Part shown: piece after piece, positions 41,652 to 50,859 of the stretch
How positions within the stretch are numbered: the stretch's first letter is position 1
Layout of the letters: each line of letters opens with the position of its first letter
DNA from: Candidatus Bathyarchaeia archaeon
Lineage (GTDB): Archaea; Thermoproteota; Bathyarchaeia; 40CM-2-53-6
Direction: 5' to 3'
Assembly: GCA_049513715.1 (NCBI GenBank)
Contig: JBEKVV010000005.1
Coordinates: 128,001 to 192,000, forward strand
DNA length: 64,000 nt
The notes under the pieces: generated by a model
What the model was told of the DNA's origin: nothing
Database searches by the model: none
What the model saw: the letters and a program-made list of their open reading frames with translations, nothing else
Made by a program: the position numbers and the translations under genes

Positions 41652-42440
41652 ACTACGAAAGTTGTTGTCACGTCCGATCATCACTTGGGTTACGCAAATG
41701 CTGACAAGACAGCGTTCAACGCATTCCTCGACAACCTTAGTCAAGAAAGCGATGTTACGCACATGGTTCTTCTTGGAGATGTGGTGGATATGTGGAGGAG
41801 GGATGCTGCAGGGGTATTCCTGGAACACCACGACACAGTTGCTAAGCTTCTTGCTCTCAAATCCAAAGGGGTCCAGGTATTTTACGTGGCGGGAAATCAT
41901 GATTATCATGTCGTGGATCTTGTCAACCCAGCATATCCCCTTGAGTTCAGGAAGGAATTGAGCCTGACTGATGGACAGTTCAATTATCGTTTCGTTCACG
42001 GCTACCAGTTCGATCCTGAACAGAAGATGCCTTTGATGGCATTCTTGTGTCGAGTAATGTCCGACCAAGGCGGTGCCCTAGAGAGTAACTTATGGGTAGA
42101 TTTCAATAGCGTGAACAATATTTTCTCGAAGATAGAACCCTCTTTCGTAAAAGCAGATCTAGCAGCGATGGCTGAGCGGCTTCACCGGCGCCCTGAGGAT
42201 AGACTAAAGGAGTCTCTCAATAAAATCAATATGACTGCTTGTAATGAAGTCAAGCCTGGGGAAGTTCTCATATTTGGTCACACCCACGTTCCATTCGTCA
42301 ACAAAGCGGAAAACGTAGTGAACACCGGTTCTTGGGTTAAAGACGCTGTCATCCACAACACCTACGTGGAGCTTAGCGGTGGAAAGCCCAGACTCTTCGT
42401 GTACGGTGGACATGAAATAACTGAACGCACAGAACCTTGA
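41652..42440 (+). CDS. Calcineurin-like metallophosphoesterase (LpxH-like); start codon appears frameshifted
   Basis: SDHHLG, LGDVVD, GNHD, HG, GHTH, NTGSW; frame open upstream of TTG 41685 but has no in-frame start. Confidence 0.85.
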   Translation, partial: TTKVVVTSDHHLGYANADKTAFNAFLDNLSQESDVTHMVLLGDVVDMWRRDAAGVFLEHHDTVAKLLALKSKGVQVFYVAGNHDYHVVDLVNPAYPLEFRKELSLTDGQFNYRFVHGYQFDPEQKMPLMAFLCRVMSDQGGALESNLWVDFNSVNNIFSKIEPSFVKADLAAMAERLHRRPEDRLKESLNKINMTACNEVKPGEVLIFGHTHVPFVNKAENVVNTGSWVKDAVIHNTYVELSGGKPRLFVYGGHEITERTEP

Positions 42441-42639
42441 CATCCTTCTTGTTCTCAAACTTTTCTTGCATAACAGCGTATCTCCAAGTGTGATTTTCCG
42501 CTTTTGTTTTGTTTCTGTGCTTTCACTCCTGACAAGCATGACTCGTGCGAGGAACTGAAACATGTTTTGCGTTCAACTGTTAACAAGAAAGAAGAAGAGA
42601 GAAACCACGGTCTGCTGTCTCCCTCTGCGGCGGATTGGG

Positions 42640-42807
42640 CTAGGTTTGTTTGATGGCGCCCTGTAATTTCGACATCAAATCCGGAGAGAGGGCACTCATT
42701 CCATGAGTCTTAGCATGGTCCATTCCTTTCTTCAATAGATCGTCTTTGTTCTCTGCCTCTAGCTCCATAGTGCATCCAGACATGGGGCACTTCAATTTGA
42801 AACCCAT
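42640..42807 (-). CDS. DUF1059-like small metal-binding protein (55 aa)
   Basis: Manual translation MGFKLKCPMSGCTMELEAENKDDLLKKGMDHAKTHGM...AIKQT; AGGTGA RBS. Confidence 0.8.
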   Translation of the reverse strand: MGFKLKCPMSGCTMELEAENKDDLLKKGMDHAKTHGMSALSPDLMSKLQGAIKQT

Positions 42808-42975
42808 AAGATATTCACCTCTACGGGACGAGAGTTTGTAGTCCTAGAACATAAAAAATCTTCTAATACTGTCGTAATCACCAAAATGTGCACGTTCTCA
42901 TACGAACGGCTTCTAAACGTCTAGCAAGCAACGGTAAGGAAAAAAAGTGGAACGAACTTCTGGGTGGCGGAAGTC

Positions 42976-43170
42976 CTATTTGGTCATGTCGACTATCTTG
43001 GCCTTAGAAGCATTGGTCTTGACTGATTCAACGCCTTTCATGCAGCCTTCTTTCGATTCGTAGCCCTGACCAGACGCTATCTCTTCGTCGTTCGAAGCTT
43101 TCAATCTCCACCTAAACTTGTCGGCATGGTCTTTGTAGACCTCGAATTTTGGTTCCGCTGGCATATACAT
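42976..43170 (-). CDS. YegP/DUF1508 family protein
   Basis: KFEVYKD..KFRWRLKASN.E.IASGQGY; GGAGGTGA RBS. Confidence 0.9.
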   Translation of the reverse strand: MYMPAEPKFEVYKDHADKFRWRLKASNDEEIASGQGYESKEGCMKGVESVKTNASKAKIVDMTK

Positions 43171-43290
43171 TCACCTCCATTCTTCTTCCTTCATCTGCCT
43201 CGTGCCCAATGACCCGTTAACATTCAGAGCCCTAATCTGTTTTGCGAACCTGTCAAATGGATGTTAAGAGAGAGGCATCCTGCGAATGTA

Positions 43291-43322
43291 CTTCAGGGAT
43301 GGGGCAGGGATTTTGACCCGAA
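43291..43322 (-). repeat. Family A copy 6 (arm truncated)
   Basis: Plus: CTTCAGGGATGGGGCAGGGATTTTGACCCGAA. Confidence 0.8.
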
Positions 43323-43386
43323 CTAAGTCGGAGTTAGACTATTACTGTTCGCTACAATAATCACTGGTTGTGGAGACGTCGACGGA

Positions 43387-43812
43387 ATGAAGCTTCTGTT
43401 TGTCTGTTCTGGCAATACGTGTCGAAGCCCTATGGCTGAAGGAATTGCTCGCAAGATGTTTGAAGCCAATGTTCACGTCGAAAGCGCTGGAACCCACGCC
43501 CATGTTAGGGACCCCCCGGCCACCAATGCTGTGAAAACCATGCGTGACAAATTCGGAGTGGACATTTCGTCACATCGATCCCGGAGCGTAAATGACGTGC
43601 ACATCGAGGAGTTCGATTACATTGTTCCAATGGCTGATGTTGTTCAAGACGATCTGAAGGAAAGTTTTCCAAGTTTAGGCGAAAAACTGATGCCCTCATG
43701 GAGAATAGATGATCCCTACCGTGGCGACCTCCGCACATATGAAGAAACAGCCGCCAAAATTCAGAAACATATGGAAGAGCTTTCCATTTTCCTCAAGAAA
43801 ACAAAGAGATGA
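43387..43812 (+). CDS. Low-molecular-weight protein tyrosine phosphatase family
   Basis: FVCSGNTCRSPMAE, SAGT, IDDPY. Confidence 0.93.
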   Translation: MKLLFVCSGNTCRSPMAEGIARKMFEANVHVESAGTHAHVRDPPATNAVKTMRDKFGVDISSHRSRSVNDVHIEEFDYIVPMADVVQDDLKESFPSLGEKLMPSWRIDDPYRGDLRTYEETAAKIQKHMEELSIFLKKTKR

Positions 43813-43844
43813 TTCGGAGAACTATGCGTGCACAGTGAGTGAGT

Positions 43845-43881
43845 AGGGGATTTGAGCCCCAATTTACCGGTACATATAAGC
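43845..43881 (-). repeat. Family A copy 7
   Basis: Plus: AGGGGATTTGAGCCCCAATTTACCGGTACATATAAGC. Confidence 0.88.
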
Positions 43882-43911
43882 GCTTAAGCGAGAATTCGCA
43901 AAGGCGGTTCC

Positions 43912-44040
43912 TCACGCCTGACGCATTATTTGTAATTGTTCAGCTTGTTGTTTGAGCGCTAAACTCATCTTGTCAAATTCCTTCTGTGTGTCCTTTATTG
44001 TCTTTGAGAGAAATGGTAGAAAGAGGCATGTTTGCCATTG
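43912..44040 (-). pseudogene. Possible C-terminal remnant of an SRPBCC/polyketide cyclase gene
   Basis: LFLPFLSKTIKDTQKEFDKMSLALKQQAE resembles the SRPBCC terminal helix; no recognisable N-terminus. Confidence 0.35.
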
Positions 44041-44378
44041 AATGGCCCGGGAATCCACAAGTGCTCCTTCCAAAGCAACTGCGGGGCGAGTTATCAGGAG
44101 GATTCTGGTGAGTCTAACCACGGGTCTCACCAAGCGGTACTGTTATTCCACGAAATGAGAAGAGACTCCTGCAATTCACAAGGTAATTTGATACTTTGCG
44201 TATATGCAATACATACATGTGGAACCAAAATTGTTGAGCTGACAAGCATATTCGGCGATGTCACCGGCCTCAAGATTGTGGCACTCAACAAGTTGGTTGT
44301 TTCAAGTTCGAGAAAGAATCGCCTTGAGGTAGACATAGATAATTAGTGTGACATTATCATGCGTCGAAGGATAGGCCT

Positions 44379-45284
44379 TTGACCAAGGTCCTAGATGTCA
44401 TTGGGGGTCTGATTTTTGGTGGAGTTGTCTGGATTATCCTCAATGTACTTCTTACATTCATTCCCATTATCGGATGGATATTTGCGGCCTTCATCGGTGG
44501 CTACCTTGCCGGCCGGTTTGGAGGAACAATCGCCGCAGTAATACTTGCTGTCATCGCGCCGATAGTAATAGGGATGCTTGGAGCTTCCCTAATTGCCCTC
44601 TTGTCAGCGATAATTCCCGTTCCGATTCTTTGGAGGCTCGCGAGCGGGATTTTGGGAACCGTAATAGCACTTTGGGCGTTGGTCAACCTGACGTTTGTAG
44701 GTCTCGGCGGATATGTGGGAAACAAGGCTTACAGATCCTCAAGATGTCCCAAATGTGGAGAGAAGATTACGAAAGGAGTCTCGGTATGTCCGAACTGTGG
44801 CAGGGATCTCAACTTGAAAGTTCCGACTGAAGAAAAAACAGAGAGCAGATCGCCTGAGAACCAGAAGGTTGCCAGACATGAAGCTTCAGAGCCGCAACAA
44901 GGAGACGTATCAAGAGTCGCTCAAATCGATCATGTGATGGACGATTTGAAACGAAAGTTTGCTGACGGCAAGATTAACGAGGACACCTACAAGTACTTGA
45001 AGAACAAAGCGGAGGAAGAACTGCGAAACGAATTTGAGAAAATGATTAGACCGGTGGAAGAGCCTCCCCAGCAAGCGAATGTTTTGAGCTCGACGAAGTC
45101 AGACGCTGCCGGAGAGGCCTCCGGAGACGGAATGACGCATGTGAGTGCCCCTGAACCCGGTACCGAGAAGCCGGAACCAGTACGCGTGATCGGCATACGT
45201 CAGAAGCCGCAAATCTTCAGCGCCAAAGTAGTGGGCGTAAGAAAGACCGAGAAGGAGAAAACGCTTAACCAGCCAGAACATTGA
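44379..45284 (+). CDS. Membrane protein with zinc-ribbon and SHOCT-like cytoplasmic domains
   Basis: N-terminal TMs, CPKCG..CPNCG, LKRKFADGKINEDTY. Confidence 0.8.
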   Translation: MTKVLDVIGGLIFGGVVWIILNVLLTFIPIIGWIFAAFIGGYLAGRFGGTIAAVILAVIAPIVIGMLGASLIALLSAIIPVPILWRLASGILGTVIALWALVNLTFVGLGGYVGNKAYRSSRCPKCGEKITKGVSVCPNCGRDLNLKVPTEEKTESRSPENQKVARHEASEPQQGDVSRVAQIDHVMDDLKRKFADGKINEDTYKYLKNKAEEELRNEFEKMIRPVEEPPQQANVLSSTKSDAAGEASGDGMTHVSAPEPGTEKPEPVRVIGIRQKPQIFSAKVVGVRKTEKEKTLNQPEH

Positions 45285-46057
45285 GAAACAGGAATGAGCT
45301 AATCCGGGTGAGCGTTGACATGATACGCATAAGCGTTCTGGAACCTGTCACAAGCCAGATCGTCGACCTCGATGCAAACCCTAGCGCGACCGTCGGAGAG
45401 ATCACCAACATTGTCGCCAATCAACTAGGACTGCCCAAAAGGAATTACACACTTGACATACACGGAAGGCGATTGAGTTCACATGTCACTTTGGCTCAAG
45501 CAGGTATTGTCGACAAAGATGAATTGACGCTCGCACAGCCTGCGGTTACAGAGTGGGGCCTCAAGAGACCGTCACTTAAACTGTTTTCATCTAGGAAGGC
45601 TCTATTCGCCTTGTCGATGCTAATTATAGTCGTCCTCTCTTTGGCAAGCGTGTATTTTGTAAGTCAGCTTCCTGGCTCGCCTTCTACCACATCCAATGGC
45701 CAACCGTTTGATTTCTCAGTAATAGCGAGTCATACCGATGGAACCCCCGTGACTACAATTGTCCTCTGTGGAGCGGGTTACTCGGAGCTTGCCATTTCGA
45801 TTTTGCCAATTTCCGGGAATCCACGATCAGTGAACCTAGTCGTGCGTGATGTTGAGTCACACCCGTTGTTTATAGATGGCATTTCTCTCTCTCAAACCTC
45901 AGGAATACCTCCATTCACCTCCACTCTGCTCATCCGAGCCAATTACAACTATGCCCACGAGGGCGACACTTATGTTCTGACGCTAGTAGGGGACGACTTA
46001 GTCGGTCAACTTCACACGCTTTCAATCACTGTAGTCTATCAATGCCGGGCTTTATGA
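45281..46057 (+). CDS. Ubiquitin-like (EsaB/YukD-type) domain + TM + extracellular beta-sandwich
   Basis: ATVGEI...LGLP...TLAQAGIVDKDELTL beta-grasp pattern, then single TM. Confidence 0.7.
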   Translation: MRNRNELIRVSVDMIRISVLEPVTSQIVDLDANPSATVGEITNIVANQLGLPKRNYTLDIHGRRLSSHVTLAQAGIVDKDELTLAQPAVTEWGLKRPSLKLFSSRKALFALSMLIIVVLSLASVYFVSQLPGSPSTTSNGQPFDFSVIASHTDGTPVTTIVLCGAGYSELAISILPISGNPRSVNLVVRDVESHPLFIDGISLSQTSGIPPFTSTLLIRANYNYAHEGDTYVLTLVGDDLVGQLHTLSITVVYQCRAL

Positions 46058-46214
46058 CAACACGCAATCAGCTTGCCACTCAAAATTGAGCTGAGTACAT
46101 CTAGAACGATCGGTAAACGAGTTGACATTAAGAAGACTTAGTCGAGGATGCCGCTGGATCTATTGACCGTAGGAAGCCGAAACATCCGACCGATTAGAAT
46201 CCTCTGGTGCTTTC

Positions 46215-47009
46215 TTATTTGAGGTTGGAGGATCTGAGGTCTAGCGAGGTCGAATAGTGGATTCCTTGTTCTGAAAGTGACTTGGAAGGTTCCAATAACC
46301 TATCACTGTTCCAGAGCTCAAATCTCTCTCCTCCACGCTGTTGAGGCGTGTGATCTTTGAGAAGTTCATGCACTACGTTGCCTACCCGTGTGGTTGTGGG
46401 CATTCGGAAATGACGGATAGCTCCAAGCTGCGGTGCCCGCACAGTCACATACGCTGTTTCGTCTTCGACCACTGATATTCCTCTATGCCACGGAAGGTCA
46501 GGTGCCGTTACTTCCCAGTGCCACCCGCAACTCGAACAGCAATAACGCTGAACGACAGCATCAAATGCAGGCACATCTTTGACTGGTTCATTGGTTTTCA
46601 GGCACACAGGACAGGTCTTCGCAAGCCCAGGCGTTAGGTACAAAAACAACCGATCGTTGTTCTGTATATCGTTGTTTTTGAACGACAAGGCGGGGTCGAC
46701 GGTCCATCGCATGCGTTTGCCAAACTGTTCGGAGGCTCGAATAATCGTTGTTATACGCGGGTTCAAATCTAGCTTCTCGCAAGCTTCCACCTTGAGTCTC
46801 CCGACAATCTGCTCAAGCTCGACATCGAAGGCCTCGTCTAGCATTTCTCTCGTCTTCACGGCACAGAAGTATACTTTCAATTCAATCATCCCAGCTGCCA
46901 TCGATTCATGCCTCTTCAGGAATTCACAGAATTTCACGCCAATCATTGAGGCGTAATAAGGCTGAATGGCAAGATTCATGCGAAATTGACGTGGTGATTC
47001 CGCGAACAT
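46215..47009 (-). CDS. Protein with two ubiquitin-like domains flanking a CxxC..CxxC zinc ribbon
   Basis: SFKNNDIQNNDRLFL and SLSEQGIHYSTSLDL Ubl ends; CPVC...CSSC; true start probably near 46890-46910. Confidence 0.6.
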   Translation of the reverse strand: MFAESPRQFRMNLAIQPYYASMIGVKFCEFLKRHESMAAGMIELKVYFCAVKTREMLDEAFDVELEQIVGRLKVEACEKLDLNPRITTIIRASEQFGKRMRWTVDPALSFKNNDIQNNDRLFLYLTPGLAKTCPVCLKTNEPVKDVPAFDAVVQRYCCSSCGWHWEVTAPDLPWHRGISVVEDETAYVTVRAPQLGAIRHFRMPTTTRVGNVVHELLKDHTPQQRGGERFELWNSDRLLEPSKSLSEQGIHYSTSLDLRSSNLK

Positions 47010-47010
47010 G

Positions 47011-47062
47011 CTTCAGGGATGGGTCAGGGGATTTTGACTCCAATTTACCGGTACATATAAGC
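47011..47062 (-). repeat. Family A copy 8
   Basis: Plus: CTTCAGGGATGGGTCAGGGGATTTTGACTCCAATTTACCGGTACATATAAGC. Confidence 0.9.
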
Positions 47063-47084
47063 TAGCAATGCAACGAGCAACGTC

Positions 47085-47178
47085 AGTTCAAATTACGTTG
47101 TCCGCACCGTCACTGCCACACACACTCAAAATGACGGTTCAAATTCCACCGCTCACACCAGTAGACCCCCACACACAC
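47085..47178 (+). repeat. Two tandem family B copies
   Basis: AGTTCAAAT-TACGTTGTCCGC-ACCG...CCACACACAC (47085-47125); GGTTCAAAT-TCCACCGCTCAC-ACCA-GTAGACCCCCACACACAC (47136-47178). Confidence 0.8.
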
Positions 47179-47231
47179 AGGAACAAGTCCCGCTCAAACG
47201 ACGATAAGACGCCACTAGTTCACAATAGTGA

Positions 47232-47726
47232 TTGATGTCATTCTTATATGACATGAATGTGGTGCAGGAAATTACTATCCCACCAACTGAGGAGAAATGT
47301 ATAATGGGAAAACGAAATCAGGTTCAGCACGTTATTGAGTGGACTATCTCTGGCGGAAAAGCCGATGCCTTCAAACATAGTGTCCCAGTGGTTTCAATTG
47401 TGATCTTGGTCATTATTTTTTCCACTTTTCTAGCAAGTCAATTAGGCAGAAATGTCTGGACGAGTACAATTCTGATGGTTCTGTTTGGGGTCATCGGAAT
47501 AGCTGGACTTGTTAAACTTAGAAATCCTGTAATCTTAGAACTTGGTGCTATTGGTTTCGTGGCAGATATCGTGTGGGAGCTTTATGGAACTGGAAATCGA
47601 TTGTGGAGTTATTATCATTCGCCGTTTTACATGATAGGTGGAACTTTGCCAATAGAAATAGCAGTGTTATACTTTTTCTTAGGGATGACTGCAGCGGTTT
47701 ATGCACTATACAGATTGGAAAAATAG
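47232..47726 (+). CDS. Hypothetical membrane protein (possibly chimeric N-terminus)
   Basis: Several TM segments, WELYG...WSY...PIEI; start uncertain. Confidence 0.6.
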   Translation: MMSFLYDMNVVQEITIPPTEEKCIMGKRNQVQHVIEWTISGGKADAFKHSVPVVSIVILVIIFSTFLASQLGRNVWTSTILMVLFGVIGIAGLVKLRNPVILELGAIGFVADIVWELYGTGNRLWSYYHSPFYMIGGTLPIEIAVLYFFLGMTAAVYALYRLEK

Positions 47727-47772
47727 TGAAGCATCGCTTTCAATCTGTTCCTCTCAGTCACATGATCCGGTG

Positions 47773-47800
47773 GTGTGTGGGTCTGGTGGTGCCCACACAC
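47773..47800. repeat. Family B arm (minus) forming a 9-bp inverted repeat
   Basis: GTGTGTGGG-TCTGGTGGTG-CCCACACAC. Confidence 0.7.
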
Positions 47801-47832
47801 ACTAAAACGACGTGGGAACGACGTACGACGAC

Positions 47833-47857
47833 GGTTCAAATCCCTCTCCCGGCGCCA
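47833..47857 (+). repeat. tRNA(Ser)-like 3'-end fragment (att-like), not a full tRNA
   Basis: GGTTCAAATCCCTCTCCCGGCGCCA; no upstream D or anticodon arms. Confidence 0.8.
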
Positions 47858-48087
47858 ATTTGTTGGTACGTGTAAATAGCTGATTATGGCAATAATGATG
47901 AGCATTCTAGTAACGAAACTCATCATATGTCCTCTTCACCAAGGAGCCTATTTGTGTATGTCACTTCTCACAATCATGATGAGTCATGTGAAGGGATTGA
48001 ATGTGAGCCCGTTTAGGTGGCAGCATGATTCTACCCATGCCGAGGTCTTAAGTACTTAGCATAAGCATGTAGCTGTTAGAAACTTTC

Positions 48088-50859
48088 TTGAAGCCTATTA
48101 CTCGGGCTTTGTTGGTTCTGCTTATTTTGACGTTGGCAGCCGGCGGCATAGTTTACTACTGGATGTTCGCCCGGCAAACTATTCCCGTGATTACCACGGG
48201 CCAGCCGGCAGCGCAATTCACTTTCTTTCTTAACCCCCCATTTTTCCACGTTGCCGCCGGTGAAGGAAAAAACATTACCACGTTCGTACAGCGAACGAGC
48301 GGTTTTTCGGGTGCTGTTAAGATTGAAATTGTGAATCCGCCGAGTTGGATAACCTACAACGCTATGACGGTCGACACAACCGTTTCAAACGCCACTTTCG
48401 CGATTATTGCTTCGCAGGATGCTCCTAAGACTGAATTGAATCTGACAGTGAGGGCGTCATCGGCGGGTGCCGCCGACCAAGTCGCAACATTGGACATGAA
48501 GGTTGTCGGTGTCTCCACTGTAACGTCAGACCATGGCTCAGCGGTTCTGTATGATACGACAAAGTTTCTCGATACCGACACGTTGAAGTCGCTCACCGCC
48601 TACTCAAATGGGACATTTGTTTTCTCCGCTGTCACTCCGCAACTGCAAAGTCTTGCTCGCGGCGACGTAATGGTGGTTCAGCCATCAAGCACACCTCTCG
48701 CAAAATTCGGTTTGGTACGCCTCGTTCTGTCGGTAACTCGGGAAGGAGGAGGTGTGATTGTGCAGACTATTCAGGCGACGCTGTTCGATGAATTGCAGCA
48801 GCTCCATGTTGGCTTTGGCAATGCTACATCGGTGCAGGCAGCACCCGGATCACTTGCTCCCGCCGCGATCCCGGACAATCCGAATCTCCCTACCGGCACA
48901 ACGCCAAACGTTGTTTTCGAGGACTGGTTTACCCTTTACAGTGGCCATTTTGGGACAGGTGGAGAGCGGTCTATTCCGGGCGGTGACGTTACCTTCTCAG
49001 CGGACGCGGGTATTGGAGTTGAGCTGGGACCTATGATCGACATTGCATGGTCAGTAGGACATCCGATTCCATCACTGGACCAGGCTAGATTGAATGTTAT
49101 TTATTGGGAAGATTTGACGCTTGCAGTGAAAGGAAGCGCAGGATCCCAACTGAACTATGAAGACGATAATCTACAACAGCTCTACTACGGCTCGATCCCG
49201 CTTGTTCCGGGCGTTTGGCTCGTCATATCAGCTACCCTGGAAGGTAAGGCCTCGGGAACGCTGCAACAGAACATCAACGGATACTTCCACCAAGGTATGA
49301 ATTATGAAATGGGCCCAACTTACAGCTCCGACGAGGGGTGGTTCTTTTACTACCGCTGTAACTCAGAAACTCGGGGGGAATGCGACCCACCGACATTCGA
49401 CAACCCACAGTTCTCGATCTCGGCAGGTTCTGGTTCTGATGCTACGATTGAGTTGGGCCCCATGGTGAAGGTCAGTGTGGACGCGGACATAGGCGTAGCT
49501 GATGCGGCTGGCTTTGCGTCGCTGTCAGGGCTCTTGTTCGTGACATTGAAATCACAGATTCCCAGACCCTCAGACAGACCGCACTCCTGGTGGCTTGAGT
49601 GGGGGCTTGACGGAGATTTCGAACTAGGACTCTCCTTGTCCGTTGGCATCTCGGTAGCAGGATACGAGATTGGGTTCTCGACGTGTCTGTGTTCCCCGCC
49701 TGCCCAAGGCAGATTGATTGGACCTGGTACACTATTCAACGGATTCGCCATTCCACCATTGGTTACTATCACATCCCCAAAGGACGGCTCAAACCTCGAC
49801 TACAACTCGCTCACGATATTCCCTTCCTTCACTGCAACTGCCACTGGAGAAGACGGTGATCTCTGCAGTGGACCTCCGCAGAACCTCATATGGTCTGATG
49901 AGTATGGTCAAATTGGTACTGGCTGCACTCTTCCCAGCGTGACGTTCAATCAGGATGGTGTTCACCATATCCAATTTACTGCAACAGACAGTGCTGGCTC
50001 AAGTTCAAGCGCTACGGTAACCGTATCAGTAATCCTAGCCAAGCCTGACGTGTACATAACCAAACCCCTTGACAATGAACAGTTCATGGTGGATGAACCC
50101 GTGACGCTTGAAGGCTACGCAATGCTGAAACTGACCAATCTTCCGTGCAACGGTGCTTCAGGGAAATTGGTTTTCAATATCTGGTTGTACGCCAATATCC
50201 CGTCCCAACCGGAATCCGGAACACAGTACTGCACCGCCACAACGACCTTCGACAAGCCAGGAACTTACTCCATCTTCCTAGTCGCCCAAGACAGTTCCGG
50301 AAAAACAACGGGCTTTTCGAAGCACGTAGAAATCAACATAATCGAGCCTTCGCAAGGTACAAACTACCCACCCAGCGTTCAGATTATTTCACCAAACGAT
50401 CAACAATCCTTCCTCTACTTGAATTGGAAGATCACTCTGGATGGAACCGTATTCGACTGGGAGGGAGACCCGCTCGGAACCTATACTTGGTCCTACGTTC
50501 CTCTATCCCTATCACAATCACCCGTAACGATAGCGACGGGCCCCCTTCCACCCTCCTCACAATGCACTAAAGATACACCATGCCACGTGACCGCCTCCCT
50601 AAACACGAATGACTATTGCAAGGACAATCCGACGGGCGGAGATCTGGCAATAGTGCTTGAGGCAACAGAAACAGGACCCGTCGAACAAACGGGTAAGAGT
50701 CAACCGGTCACGATTCATCTGTCCTGTGAAAAGCAAGTAGCGATCATCACACCAATCATTAACCAACCGCCTCCAGCAGCACATCCGAATGTCAGCGTTT
50801 CCGCAAACGGGCCTCAACGACGAATTCTCGAAAACCATTCGTGCAAGGTATGCCCATGA
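48088..50859 (+). CDS. Large secreted/membrane-anchored protein with PKD/Ig-like repeats
   Basis: N-terminal TM; repeated P.V.I.SP.D...ITL.G units; Cys pairs. Confidence 0.8.
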   Translation: MKPITRALLVLLILTLAAGGIVYYWMFARQTIPVITTGQPAAQFTFFLNPPFFHVAAGEGKNITTFVQRTSGFSGAVKIEIVNPPSWITYNAMTVDTTVSNATFAIIASQDAPKTELNLTVRASSAGAADQVATLDMKVVGVSTVTSDHGSAVLYDTTKFLDTDTLKSLTAYSNGTFVFSAVTPQLQSLARGDVMVVQPSSTPLAKFGLVRLVLSVTREGGGVIVQTIQATLFDELQQLHVGFGNATSVQAAPGSLAPAAIPDNPNLPTGTTPNVVFEDWFTLYSGHFGTGGERSIPGGDVTFSADAGIGVELGPMIDIAWSVGHPIPSLDQARLNVIYWEDLTLAVKGSAGSQLNYEDDNLQQLYYGSIPLVPGVWLVISATLEGKASGTLQQNINGYFHQGMNYEMGPTYSSDEGWFFYYRCNSETRGECDPPTFDNPQFSISAGSGSDATIELGPMVKVSVDADIGVADAAGFASLSGLLFVTLKSQIPRPSDRPHSWWLEWGLDGDFELGLSLSVGISVAGYEIGFSTCLCSPPAQGRLIGPGTLFNGFAIPPLVTITSPKDGSNLDYNSLTIFPSFTATATGEDGDLCSGPPQNLIWSDEYGQIGTGCTLPSVTFNQDGVHHIQFTATDSAGSSSSATVTVSVILAKPDVYITKPLDNEQFMVDEPVTLEGYAMLKLTNLPCNGASGKLVFNIWLYANIPSQPESGTQYCTATTTFDKPGTYSIFLVAQDSSGKTTGFSKHVEINIIEPSQGTNYPPSVQIISPNDQQSFLYLNWKITLDGTVFDWEGDPLGTYTWSYVPLSLSQSPVTIATGPLPPSSQCTKDTPCHVTASLNTNDYCKDNPTGGDLAIVLEATETGPVEQTGKSQPVTIHLSCEKQVAIITPIINQPPPAAHPNVSVSANGPQRRILENHSCKVCP

